Counted from the stretch's first letter, positions 1 to 9,711 are shown. The stretch is DNA of 64,000 nucleotides from Minisyncoccota bacterium (GCA_041662545.1 JBAZSH010000001.1:46813-110812); one strand, 5' to 3'. The notes: generated by a model from the sequence alone, not told the origin. Made by a program: numbers and translations.

Positions 1-13
1 ATCTTAAAATAAT

Positions 14-421
14 ATGAAAAAAATTCTCATAATTGATGACGACAGAATCTTTGCCAAAGTGCTGGGCGAAGCTCTCATCCAAGAAAAATTTACTCTTGTT
101 GAAGCTACCAACGGCGTTGATGGCCTGACGGTTTTTGAAAAAGAGCGGCCTGATTTTGTTGTTTTAGATATGAAAATGCCCGGTCTGGACGGCATTGGCT
201 TTTTAAAACAGTTGCGTGAAAAAAATGAAAATAAAATTCCAACGCCGATTCTTATTGTCTCAAATTTTTCTGATCTTACTCAAGTGAGCGAAGGGGTTAG
301 TTTGGGAATCAAAGGTTATATTTCCAAAACTGAAAAGACGATAGAGAGTATTGTTGAAGATATAAAAAGAATTCTTGAAACCGAAGAAAGATTACGGCAA
401 AAAACACAACTTGGAAAATAA
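14..421 (+). CDS. Stand-alone response regulator receiver (CheY-like) protein
   Basis: KILIIDDD...VVLDMKMPGLDG...GYISK receiver motifs; no output domain. Confidence 0.9.
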   Translation: MKKILIIDDDRIFAKVLGEALIQEKFTLVEATNGVDGLTVFEKERPDFVVLDMKMPGLDGIGFLKQLREKNENKIPTPILIVSNFSDLTQVSEGVSLGIKGYISKTEKTIESIVEDIKRILETEERLRQKTQLGK

Positions 422-1286
422 TTCAATTCCAGAGAAAATAGCTAAATTGGAAGCGCTGATGCAACAGCCGGATTTTTGGGCTGATAAAACTAAGGCGCAG
501 GCGATGATCAAGGAACTCCAAGAACTAAAAATTGAAGCGGAGGGTGGTGGTAAATATGATAATGGTGGGGCAGTAATTACGATTTTTTCTGGCGCCGGTG
601 GCGATGACTCGGAGGATTTTTCGGCAATGCTTTTTAATATGTATCGGAAATTTATTGAACAACGCGGTTGGCAACTTTCTATAATTCACCAAAATCAAAA
701 TGACCACGGCGGTTTTCGCAATTTAACTTTTGAAATTTCAAATAAGGGAGTTTATGGAATTTTAAAAAATGAATCGGGCGTTCATCGTTTGGTGCGCATC
801 TCACCATTTAATGCCCAAAAAAAACGCCACACTTCTTTTTCTATGGTGGAGGTGATTCCGAAGTTTGAGAAAATTTCAGAGCTAGAAATTCCCGAGCAAG
901 AACTTAAAGTAGAATTCGCTCGCTCTTCTGGTCCCGGCGGTCAAAATGTTAACAAGCGCGAGACCGCTGTGCGCATTGTTTACTTGCCAACCAACTTAGC
1001 CGTTCATGCCGAAACCGAGCGCAGTCAATCAGCCAATCGCGACAAAGCGCTGGCGATTCTCAAAGGCAAACTTTATAAACTTCGCGAGGACGAACGCAGA
1101 GCCAAAGAGCAGGGAATGTATATTTCCAAAACGACCAGCGTAGAATGGGGCAATCAGATTCGCTCCTATGTTCTTCATCCCTATAAAATGGTTAAGGATC
1201 ACCGCACTGGCGTAGAAACCGCCCAAGTGGACAAAGTCCTCGCCGGCGAGCTGGATGAATTCATTGAAGCGGAGAAGAATTTGTAA
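411..1286 (+). CDS. prfB: Peptide chain release factor 2 (shortened domain 1); start uncertain (TTG 375 or TTG 411)
   Basis: GVHRLVRISPF (SPF anticodon motif), RHTSF, SSGPGGQNVNK (GGQ), WGNQIRSYVLHPY. Confidence 0.92.
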   Translation: MENNSIPEKIAKLEALMQQPDFWADKTKAQAMIKELQELKIEAEGGGKYDNGGAVITIFSGAGGDDSEDFSAMLFNMYRKFIEQRGWQLSIIHQNQNDHGGFRNLTFEISNKGVYGILKNESGVHRLVRISPFNAQKKRHTSFSMVEVIPKFEKISELEIPEQELKVEFARSSGPGGQNVNKRETAVRIVYLPTNLAVHAETERSQSANRDKALAILKGKLYKLREDERRAKEQGMYISKTTSVEWGNQIRSYVLHPYKMVKDHRTGVETAQVDKVLAGELDEFIEAEKNL

Positions 1287-1288
1287 GT

Positions 1289-2047
1289 TTAGCTATTGAT
1301 GATCTGTTCGATTACTTTCTTTGTTTCCTCCGGACCGGAAACGGCAATGGTTTGAACACCTGTCCGGACGACTGGATAATCATTACCGCCCGGCGACAAG
1401 CGATCGCCGATGAAAACCATCTCCGCGACTGGAATGCCAAGATGTTTTTCAATCTGCAAAATGCCGTAGCCCTTGTCTATGCCTTTTCTTGTTACATCAA
1501 TTGAAGTTGAGCCACCAATTTGGATTTCGTAATCAGGAAGCGTTGGCATTAGAAGGGTAATCACTTTTTGTCGTTTTTCCAGCGTTGGATCCCATTTTTC
1601 TTTGAGCTCCATCGGTGCTTGTTGACCTAAAGCAGAGAAAGTAATCTGGCTTTCGCGGTCTTCAATAATTTCTCCGAAAGGTTTAACCGGCGGTTCGTAA
1701 TTTGACTGGGCGAGCGCGACTTTTAGGGCGGAAATAATTTTTACTCTTTCTTCGTCGGAAAGTTTTTCGAAATAAATATTTTTCCAGTTACCATTGTCAA
1801 AACGATAAAAGCTGGAGGCGCAGGTGGGGAAGAGGAAAAGTTTGCCAAGCAGTTCCGTTGGCGCGCGAAAGCTTCCTAAAAATTGTTTCTCAAACTGCTT
1901 GTAGGGTCCGCCCGAAGTTATCGCTACCATTTTTTTGCCGAGAAGTTTTTCCAGAAGTTTCGACATTTCAGCGTCAAGTGGCTGCTTGCTTTCGGTTAGT
2001 GTCCGGTCGAGGTCAAAAATGATAATTCTTTTATTCTTGAAATTCAT
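1289..2047 (-). CDS. HAD-IIB family hydrolase, eukaryotic-type phosphomannomutase-like
   Basis: FDLDRTLT, IEDRESQITFS, GGSTSIDVT, FIGDRLSPGGNDYP motifs. Confidence 0.75.
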   Translation of the reverse strand: MNFKNKRIIIFDLDRTLTESKQPLDAEMSKLLEKLLGKKMVAITSGGPYKQFEKQFLGSFRAPTELLGKLFLFPTCASSFYRFDNGNWKNIYFEKLSDEERVKIISALKVALAQSNYEPPVKPFGEIIEDRESQITFSALGQQAPMELKEKWDPTLEKRQKVITLLMPTLPDYEIQIGGSTSIDVTRKGIDKGYGILQIEKHLGIPVAEMVFIGDRLSPGGNDYPVVRTGVQTIAVSGPEETKKVIEQIINS

Positions 2048-2059
2048 AGTCAAGTTGGT

Positions 2060-3952
2060 TTATTCCGTCAAGATTTTTAAAATCTCGGAAAGTTTAAGCG
2101 AGGCGGTGCCGACAACGGAGTCGGCGGCGCCATAATAAATTAAAATTTCATCTTTACGAAGAACGGCGCCGCAAGGGAAAACCACATTAGGCACGGCGCC
2201 TTGGATTTCGTAATCTTCCCGCGCCTCAAAAATCGGTAAAGCAGTGCGCGAAATGACAATCGTTGGGTCTTTTAGGTCAAGGAGGGCCGCGCCGACTCGG
2301 TAATGGGTGGTTTTGGAGACGCCGTGGTAAAGCAAAAGCCAGCCGATTTTTGTTTCTATCGGAGGCGCGGCAATGCCAACTTTCGCTCCGTCCCACATTC
2401 CCATCCGCGGTTCGAGAATTTCTATACACTTGTCAATTTTTTGTTTTTCGAAGTTTAAAGAATCGGTGAAATCGGCGCAGATGCTACCACCAATTCGATG
2501 AAGAATCATAAATTTGCCACCGATTTTTTTCGGCAGAACGCAGGCATCTTTGTCGTCGGTGTCGCCGGCTGAAACCAGTTCTGGTTCAGACCAAAGCCAT
2601 TTTTTTGCCAAAAAATCTTTTTCATTGATAGAAGAAATTGCTACTCGGGGTACTCGGCCGTCAAAAGCGGTGTAGAGAATATAAAGCCGGTCACTAATTT
2701 TGGTAAAGCGCGGGTCTTCCACGCCGCCACCTTCGCCGTTACCGGTTTTTTCAAATGGCGCGCGCGGCAAGTAAATCGGTTCTTCGCTTCGCTCGTCAAT
2801 GGTAAAGCCGTTGTTAGTTTTGGCGTAGCCGAAAGTAGAAACATTTTTGTCGGAGACGGCGCGATAGAGTAAATGAATTTTGTCATCAAGTTCAATTGCG
2901 GCTGGATTGAAAACACCTTTGGCTTCAAAAAGTTTTTCTTTCCGTGGCACCAGAATTGGATTTCCGCCAAATCTTTTAACCAATTCTTGTTTTCCTAAGA
3001 GATAGTCAAGCAGTTCTTTGAGATTGGCCGAAGCTAGACAAGAAAAAGTGTCGGCGGCGCCGTAGAAAATTTTTAAATTTTTTCCTTCTACCAAAGCGCC
3101 GGTGGGGAAGGTGATATTGCCGACATTGCCAAATTTTTCATAATGTTCTTCTGCCGTCAAAAAAGCGCCTTTGGTTTTGCCAAGCACGATGCGGGGATTT
3201 TTTAAATCAAGCAAGGCAGCTTCAATGCCAAAACTTATTTCGCCACCACCCGTATAATGCTGAATGTGGGAGTAAATAATGAGCCAGCCTTTTTTAGTGA
3301 GAACAGGCGGCGCGCCGAGCTCCAAGTGGTCGCTCTCGGCGCGCCGCAAAGAAATTTTATGGGCTTCCAAATTTGGATACCATTTGTTCCAAAACTCCGG
3401 CGACCAGATGTCCTCTTCTTTTTCAAACTCAACATAAGCGATTTCCGAAGGTGGTTTGTCGCAGTTTACTGTTAAAAGCGCCGCGAACTTGCCGCCGATT
3501 TTTTGCGGAAAAATCGCCATCGCTTTGGCATTGAAAGGAGTGACTGGGTGTTTTTCAATTTTTTCAAAATCGCTGGTAACGGCGACGGCGATTTTTATGC
3601 CGTCAGCTGAAAAAGGAAATTTAGAAAGAGCAGTATAGAAAATATAATATTTGCTACCGAGTTTTGTTACGCGCGGGTCTTCGCAACCGAATTTTTCCCA
3701 ATCATATTTTGGCGCGATGAGTTGTCGGCGATTTTCAAAATGCGCACCGTCAGCGCTTTCGGCAATACCAACAGAAGAGATACTGATGTGGTTTTGATCC
3801 ATTAATTCTGGTTCTGCCAGCGCTCGGTAAAGGAGAATGGTTTTGTTTTTGTGAATGACGGAGCAGGGATTAAAAGCTCCCGCCGCTTCAAAGGGGTGAT
3901 TATTTACCGGTCCTAAAATCGGATTTTCTGGATGACGTTTAACGATAAACAT
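2060..3952 (-). CDS. Glycoside hydrolase family 130 (mannoside phosphorylase-like) protein with two tandem GH130 domains
   Basis: Two copies of NPIL..FNP..LLYRA..EDPR..WL(I/L)(I/L)Y..FP.GA..YGAAD. Confidence 0.85.
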   Translation of the reverse strand: MFIVKRHPENPILGPVNNHPFEAAGAFNPCSVIHKNKTILLYRALAEPELMDQNHISISSVGIAESADGAHFENRRQLIAPKYDWEKFGCEDPRVTKLGSKYYIFYTALSKFPFSADGIKIAVAVTSDFEKIEKHPVTPFNAKAMAIFPQKIGGKFAALLTVNCDKPPSEIAYVEFEKEEDIWSPEFWNKWYPNLEAHKISLRRAESDHLELGAPPVLTKKGWLIIYSHIQHYTGGGEISFGIEAALLDLKNPRIVLGKTKGAFLTAEEHYEKFGNVGNITFPTGALVEGKNLKIFYGAADTFSCLASANLKELLDYLLGKQELVKRFGGNPILVPRKEKLFEAKGVFNPAAIELDDKIHLLYRAVSDKNVSTFGYAKTNNGFTIDERSEEPIYLPRAPFEKTGNGEGGGVEDPRFTKISDRLYILYTAFDGRVPRVAISSINEKDFLAKKWLWSEPELVSAGDTDDKDACVLPKKIGGKFMILHRIGGSICADFTDSLNFEKQKIDKCIEILEPRMGMWDGAKVGIAAPPIETKIGWLLLYHGVSKTTHYRVGAALLDLKDPTIVISRTALPIFEAREDYEIQGAVPNVVFPCGAVLRKDEILIYYGAADSVVGTASLKLSEILKILTE

Positions 3953-3974
3953 AGGATAATTTTAGCACATTTCG

Positions 3975-5069
3975 TTATCGGGCGAGAGATTTAAGGAGCG
4001 AGGCGAGAGGCATAGAGGCGACGCAAACGCGCTTGTCGCCACCGCCGTAGTAGACCCGAAGAATATTTTGCTTGTCCAAAGTGGCGCCGCAGGCGTAGAC
4101 GACACCGGGTTTGCCGTCATTTTCATACCATTCATCTGGCGCAAGGATAGGAAAGTTGGCTCGACCAATTTCTTTTTTGGGATTTTTTAGGTCAAGCAAA
4201 AGAGCGCCGAGTTTATAGCGATGTGGTTCTTTTTTATCCATCGCATGATACAAAACCAACCAGCCGTCTTTAGTTTTAAGCGGCGGTGGCCCGGCGCCGC
4301 GCAGATTACTGTCCCAACCTTTGTGATTTTTATTCTGCTTGAAAACGCTTTTAATTTTCTTTTTGCCAGTTGCCAAATCTTCCAACTGGTCGACGAAATC
4401 AATCTGAATTTTTGGCGTGATGCTGTGAAGGATGGCAAACTTACCTTTAATTTTTTCCGGAAATAATACCCAATTTTTATTAATCTCGCCGGGCGGTGAA
4501 ATGAAAATTGATTTGCTCCAGCGCCACCTCTTCTTTTCCAAATCGCTTTCTTTGATGGAAATAACACCGACGCGGATGAAATCCCAGCCATCAAAACCAT
4601 TGAAGGTAACATAAATTTTGCCGTCAATTGCCACCATTCGCGGGTCCTCGACGCCACCGCAGGAACCACCCGAGGGATACATCACTGGATTGAAATTGCT
4701 CACACCGGCGCGGGAGAGTGCGTCCAGGCGAGGGCTTGACATACCAAAAACCGGAAAGGGAAATTTGTCGGTGAAATTTTCACCATCGGTGCTGGCGGCA
4801 TAACCGAGTCGCGAAACGCCATCATTGCCGATGGCGCGATAAAGTAGATGAGTTTTGCCGTTTTGGTCGCGCAAAGCCGCCGGATTAAAAACGCCATTGG
4901 CCTCAAAATGATTGCTAGATTCAGGGCTGAGAATGGGATTTTTAGATGTCCGTTGGAGTTTGGAAATTTTTGCCAGTGACAGTTTTTTGATTTTTGATCT
5001 GGTATTTAGCCAGGAAAAAAAAGCTGCCACCAGTGCGAGCATTAAGCCTACTGACAAAAGCCAGCCCAT
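3975..5069 (-). CDS. GH130 family glycosidase/phosphorylase with N-terminal membrane anchor
   Basis: NPIL, VFNPAA, LLYRA, GVEDPR, NKNWVLFP, GAGPPP, YYGGGD; hydrophobic N-terminus. Confidence 0.85.
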   Translation of the reverse strand: MGWLLSVGLMLALVAAFFSWLNTRSKIKKLSLAKISKLQRTSKNPILSPESSNHFEANGVFNPAALRDQNGKTHLLYRAIGNDGVSRLGYAASTDGENFTDKFPFPVFGMSSPRLDALSRAGVSNFNPVMYPSGGSCGGVEDPRMVAIDGKIYVTFNGFDGWDFIRVGVISIKESDLEKKRWRWSKSIFISPPGEINKNWVLFPEKIKGKFAILHSITPKIQIDFVDQLEDLATGKKKIKSVFKQNKNHKGWDSNLRGAGPPPLKTKDGWLVLYHAMDKKEPHRYKLGALLLDLKNPKKEIGRANFPILAPDEWYENDGKPGVVYACGATLDKQNILRVYYGGGDKRVCVASMPLASLLKSLAR

Positions 5070-5166
5070 AATTTTTGATTAGTAATAATAAATAATTATA
5101 TCATTTTTCCCTTTCCTTTATATCAAGGGGATTGTGGATAAAAAAGATAGGTAATATAATAGATGA

Positions 5167-5847
5167 GTGATTTATTTTGATAATGTTTCAAAAATTTACT
5201 CGGAGGACTCATCGGCTTTGCGCGACATTACCTTGTCTATTGAGCCGAAAGAATTTATTTCCATCGTCGGTCATTCTGGCGCCGGCAAGACAACTTTGCT
5301 AAAAATGATTTTGGCTGAGGAAAGGCCGTCCTCGGGTAAAGTGTTTTTTGATAAAATTGATGTCCACCAGCTTTCCCGCCCGGAAATTACTAAATATCGC
5401 CGGCGCATTGGCACGATTTTTCAGGATTTTCGTTTGATTCCCGATAAGACCGCCTACGAAAATATCGCCTTTGCTATGGAAGCGGCGGGGCGGTTGGACG
5501 ATGAAATTGAATCAGATGTGCCCCATGTTTTGGATCTGGTGGATTTAGGCGATAAGCTTTGGAATTTTCCCCACGAACTTTCCGGCGGTGAAAAACAGCG
5601 AGTAGCCATTGCGCGGGCGATTGTTAATCAACCGGAAATTTTGATGGCCGACGAGCCGACTGGCAATTTGGATCCCCTTAACACTTTTGAAATTGTTCAG
5701 ATTTTGAAAAAAATTAATGATTTGGGTACGACGGTAATTTTGACCACTCATAATAAAGGGGTGATTGATTCGCTCGGCAAGCGCGTAATTACCCTAGACG
5801 CCGGCCGCATCATCCGCGATGACCAAAAGGGACACTATTTATTATAG
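5167..5847 (+). CDS. ftsE: Cell division ATP-binding protein FtsE
   Basis: GHSGAGKTT Walker A, IFQDFRL, LSGGEKQRVAIARA, ADEPTGNLD. Confidence 0.9.
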   Translation: MIYFDNVSKIYSEDSSALRDITLSIEPKEFISIVGHSGAGKTTLLKMILAEERPSSGKVFFDKIDVHQLSRPEITKYRRRIGTIFQDFRLIPDKTAYENIAFAMEAAGRLDDEIESDVPHVLDLVDLGDKLWNFPHELSGGEKQRVAIARAIVNQPEILMADEPTGNLDPLNTFEIVQILKKINDLGTTVILTTHNKGVIDSLGKRVITLDAGRIIRDDQKGHYLL

Positions 5848-5849
5848 AA

Positions 5850-8627
5850 ATGAAAAAAATGAAAATTAAAATTCTGGCGGTAGTAATTTTTATTTTTCCT
5901 TTTTTCGCAAACGCCGCCACTTTCGTTTCTGGTGATATTTCTACTAACACCACTTGGACCAAAGCCGAAAGCCCCTACATTATTTCTGACCATTCTTTTA
6001 TAAATGTTTCTGTTGGCACCACTTTGACAATAGAACCTGGCGTAGTCGTGAAATTTGGCAATCGTTCCCGTTTAAATATTTATGGTTCATTAAAAGCTGT
6101 TGGCATAGCTAGTGACAAAATTTATTTTACCTCCTTAATAAACGATGCCATTGGCGGCGATGATAATGGTGATGGTAATTTAACCGAACCATCGCCTTAT
6201 GATGATTGGAATATTTTTTTAAGAAGCGGTTCGTATGATATTGAATTTGAGAATGTAGGATTTAGTTACAGTTACGATACCGTATGGGCATCAGAATCAG
6301 AAGTTTCTTTTGTTAATGTCTCGTTTACTGATTGTTTTGATGCTATTGGTGCTTACAAATCCAAGATAGTTATTAATACTGTCGAAGTCAGGGATATTGA
6401 TGGTAGTGTGGTTTGGGGAGACAATGGTAAATTTGAAATTGAGAGTTTAAATGTAGATGGGGTATATGGATTTTATCCACCTTTGGATTTTTTTCGCGGC
6501 GCTGAGATAACTATAGATAATTCTAAAATTACGAATGTTGGGCTAGCTCGGGCATTAAGAATAGATGGTTCACACGCTACTGTGACTAATTCGGTTTTTT
6601 CTGGTGGGTTATATAGCGGCATTGAAATTCATGATGATTTTTTTAAAAAAATTCCTTCAACTTTGTCAATCACTAATTCCATAATTGAAAATTTTGTAGA
6701 CAACGGATTATATATCTATTCAAGTAAGGTTGATATTAGTAAAACTAAAATTTCCAGCAATCGGCATGGGATAAGAATAAATGATTGGTCCGGTCATTCC
6801 AGGTCCGAAGTCGCTGTTTCTCAAAGTTCAATTGTTGACAACAGTGATTATGGAATTTACACCAATGGATTGAATTCTGTTGATGTTCGCAATAATTGGT
6901 GGGGTGACTCAAGTGGCCCTTTTCACCAAACACTCAATTCGTCCGGTTTAGGCAATGCTGTTTTTGGCAATGTTTTGTTTGACCCGTGGCTGGCGAGCGA
7001 TCCGACAGCAGAAAAAAGAATTGACCCGGTGCTCATTATCCCAGGCATTCTCGGCTCAGCGGAGAAAGACGGCGTCTGGTTGATTGATCCGATTTTTCAT
7101 ACCTATGACGACTTAATCGCCACTCTGGTGGCAAACGGCTATGTTGAAGGTCAAGATCTTTTTACATTTCCCTATGATTGGCGTTTTTCTAATATACTGA
7201 CGGCGGTGGCGTTGAAAAATAAGATTGCGGAAGTGAAAAATATTTGCCAGTGCGACAAGGTGGATTTGGTAGCGCATTCAATGGGTGGTCTCGCGGCGCG
7301 GCAATATATTCAATCTCCCCAGTACGCCGATGATGTGGACCAATTAATTTTTCTCGGCACACCACACCTCGGAGCACCAAAGGCGTATTATTCTTGGGAA
7401 GGAGCAACTGTTCCGCCCAACGATCCAGTTTATTCGGTCATCAAATTTATGTTATGGAGCGAAGCGTTTAAGCTTGATCAAAGTTTATTTGATTATATTC
7501 ATCAATCAGTTTTTTCAATTAGAGAGTTATTGCCAATTTATGATTATCTGACTCTCAAGGATTCTGGTATTGTGGAAAAGTATCCTAACGGTTATCCAGC
7601 AAACTCTTTTCTTGAAAATCTTTCCGCGGGCACAGATGAACTCTTGAATTCCGGTGTTGAGATTATCAACATTGTTGGCAATACAGGAAATTCCACTATT
7701 ATTTCAATTGAAGTAGCATCATCAACAGAACCAAATTTGTGGGAGCATGGCAAACCTGAAATTGTGAGTTATGGGGGAGGAGACGAAACTGTTCCAATAA
7801 CAAGTGCAATTTTAACTTTTTCAGATTCTTATGTTTTTGATAGTAGACATAATAAACTACCGACAATTGCTGAAGGGATAGTTTATAAAGAACTTACTAC
7901 TAAAGATGCTACTACTTTGGTGGATAATTGGGATTTAATCAATTTAAAATTATTGCTAATAAAAATCCTTTCTCCCGCCGACATTCAAGTAATTGCTCCC
8001 GATGGTAGTATTGTTGGCAAGGATTTTGCTACCGGACAGGAAATCAATCAAATTCCCGGTGCCTTTTATTCTGGTTTCCAGACCGACAATGAATATGTGA
8101 CCATTCCTAATCCACAACCTGGCGATTATATTGTTAAAACTATTGGCACTGGCTCCGGCAGTTATATTGTGGCAACCAGTTTAATCTCTAATACTGGCAG
8201 TGTTGAGAAAGAAACCATTGGCACAACAAAACCGGATTTTGTCGCTCAAGTGGAAGTCAGTGTGTCTGGTGATGACTCGCTGGAAATTTTACCTCCTGAT
8301 GTTCAGGCGATTACGCCAGATTTCGTCATTGCCGATATTCAACTTGCCTATGACAATGGCTGGCTCAAAGACAAGAAAATCCGAGACAAACTCATCAAAG
8401 AAATCAAAGCAATGATTAAAGTTGAGAAGAAAATTGAAAAAATTGAGACCAAAGTCAAAGAGAAAAACATTGAAAAGAAAATTGAAAAACTAGAGGTCAA
8501 AGTGGATAAGGTGCTTGCCAAGGCATTAAAAACAGAATTAAAGTTGTATAATGAAGGGAAGATTTTGACCGATGAAGGATTTAATTTAATTAAAAACGAT
8601 ATTGAATTATTAATGTTAATTTATTGA
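5850..8627 (+). CDS. Secreted multidomain protein: right-handed beta-helix plus alpha/beta-hydrolase (LCAT/PGAP1-like lipase) domain
   Basis: Signal peptide; WTKAESPY...NNWWG beta-helix region; IIPGILGS, FPYDWR, VAHSMGG (nucleophile elbow), LGTPHLGA, GDETVP. Confidence 0.8.
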   Translation: MKKMKIKILAVVIFIFPFFANAATFVSGDISTNTTWTKAESPYIISDHSFINVSVGTTLTIEPGVVVKFGNRSRLNIYGSLKAVGIASDKIYFTSLINDAIGGDDNGDGNLTEPSPYDDWNIFLRSGSYDIEFENVGFSYSYDTVWASESEVSFVNVSFTDCFDAIGAYKSKIVINTVEVRDIDGSVVWGDNGKFEIESLNVDGVYGFYPPLDFFRGAEITIDNSKITNVGLARALRIDGSHATVTNSVFSGGLYSGIEIHDDFFKKIPSTLSITNSIIENFVDNGLYIYSSKVDISKTKISSNRHGIRINDWSGHSRSEVAVSQSSIVDNSDYGIYTNGLNSVDVRNNWWGDSSGPFHQTLNSSGLGNAVFGNVLFDPWLASDPTAEKRIDPVLIIPGILGSAEKDGVWLIDPIFHTYDDLIATLVANGYVEGQDLFTFPYDWRFSNILTAVALKNKIAEVKNICQCDKVDLVAHSMGGLAARQYIQSPQYADDVDQLIFLGTPHLGAPKAYYSWEGATVPPNDPVYSVIKFMLWSEAFKLDQSLFDYIHQSVFSIRELLPIYDYLTLKDSGIVEKYPNGYPANSFLENLSAGTDELLNSGVEIINIVGNTGNSTIISIEVASSTEPNLWEHGKPEIVSYGGGDETVPITSAILTFSDSYVFDSRHNKLPTIAEGIVYKELTTKDATTLVDNWDLINLKLLLIKILSPADIQVIAPDGSIVGKDFATGQEINQIPGAFYSGFQTDNEYVTIPNPQPGDYIVKTIGTGSGSYIVATSLISNTGSVEKETIGTTKPDFVAQVEVSVSGDDSLEILPPDVQAITPDFVIADIQLAYDNGWLKDKKIRDKLIKEIKAMIKVEKKIEKIETKVKEKNIEKKIEKLEVKVDKVLAKALKTELKLYNEGKILTDEGFNLIKNDIELLMLIY

Positions 8628-8628
8628 G

Positions 8629-8976
8629 ATGAAAATATTGAAAAATGTTTTTTTGTTGGTGGTTGTTGTCGGGTTGTCTTATTTATTATCTTATCCCATT
8701 GGTTCTCTATATGGCAGTTTATTTACAGGAACAGGATCTTTTGTAGATATGACTAGTCTTTTGGGTATTCCTCTAGCTTACATCTTTCTTTTGACTTCAG
8801 TTTTCACCGTTTGGGGTGGTACGAAAAAATATTGGTGGATCGGTATTGGTTTAATTCCAGTGGCAATCGTTGAACTTTATCTTGACCCAAATCGTATTTA
8901 TTTTCCAATTCTTCTCGGCTTCCTCGGCTGGCTTGTTGGTTTTGGGATTCGGAAACTTTTCGTTGGGAAAAAATAA
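8629..8976 (+). CDS. Small multi-pass membrane protein, possible partner/immunity protein of the upstream lipase
   Basis: 115 aa, about four hydrophobic segments, starts 1 nt after the lipase stop. Confidence 0.7.
   Translation: MKILKNVFLLVVVVGLSYLLSYPIGSLYGSLFTGTGSFVDMTSLLGIPLAYIFLLTSVFTVWGGTKKYWWIGIGLIPVAIVELYLDPNRIYFPILLGFLGWLVGFGIRKLFVGKK
8890..8976 (+). repeat. Left copy of diverged direct repeat (3' end of the membrane gene)
   Basis: 59 of the first 69 nt match 15276-15344. Confidence 0.85.
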
Positions 8977-8989
8977 TTAATATAAAACT

Positions 8990-9208
8990 ATGTCAAAAGA
9001 TAAAAAACAGGCCCTGGAATTTGAGGCGAAGATAGAGTCGCTTTTTAAAGAACACAAAAGTATCATTGAGCAAAATCACCCATTGACTAAGACGGAAGTG
9101 GACCGATTGTTTGAAATAAGCGCTGAAATTGACAGAGGATTTGAATATCAATCAATGCTTTTGCCTATGATTGAAGAAGAAAAAACCCAAAGCCGTTGGG
9201 ATCATTAA
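8990..9208 (+). CDS. Hypothetical protein
   Basis: 72-aa ATG ORF co-oriented with neighbours, A-rich upstream region. Confidence 0.55.
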   Translation: MSKDKKQALEFEAKIESLFKEHKSIIEQNHPLTKTEVDRLFEISAEIDRGFEYQSMLLPMIEEEKTQSRWDH

Positions 9209-9359
9209 TTGGGGCGAGGCCTCGATTTCTCATCGGGACTTTCAAAATCTTGCCAAAAAGTGGTAAAATTTTAGCAAGTTGAAAATAAAAGATTTGCCAA
9301 AAGTTGATTAGCCGAGAGAAAAATTTGCTTTAATTTATGATGTCCGTTATAATGTTCGT

Positions 9360-9710
9360 ATGAATATAAAAATGAAAAATATAATATCTATTACTGAAGC
9401 CAGAAGCAACATTTTTGACATTGCCAAAAAAATCCAGAGGCAAGGCAACCATTACATTTTTACCGAGAACGGCAAGCCAAAAATCGCCGTAATGTCCGCC
9501 GATGAATACGAAAATCTTATGGAAGATTTGTTTTTAGCATCTGACCCTAAATTCGCCGCCGAAATAAAAAAGTCAGAAGAAGAATTTGCCCGAGGAGAGT
9601 ATTCTACTTGGGAGGAAGTAAAGGCAAATTTAGACCAGAGAAGAAATTTTGTTGTTGCCGATAAGTCCAAAAAAGGTTATTCCGCAAAGAAGAATAAAAA
9701 AAACAAATAA
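9360..9710 (+). CDS. Type II antitoxin, Phd/YefM family
   Basis: ISITEARSN..IFTENGKPKIAVMSADEYENLMEDL motif; directly upstream of a RelE-like gene. Confidence 0.85.
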   Translation: MNIKMKNIISITEARSNIFDIAKKIQRQGNHYIFTENGKPKIAVMSADEYENLMEDLFLASDPKFAAEIKKSEEEFARGEYSTWEEVKANLDQRRNFVVADKSKKGYSAKKNKKNK

Positions 9711-9711
9711 T

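Noticed and set aside
371-381. Possible prfB programmed frameshift at ATTCTTGAAA
   Set aside because: It is not the CTT-TGA-C motif, has no upstream SD-like element, and lies within the upstream receiver gene.
8400-8510. Repeated AAAATTGA(A/G)AAA units
   Set aside because: They reflect a Lys/Glu-rich helical tail (KIEKIE) rather than a DNA element.
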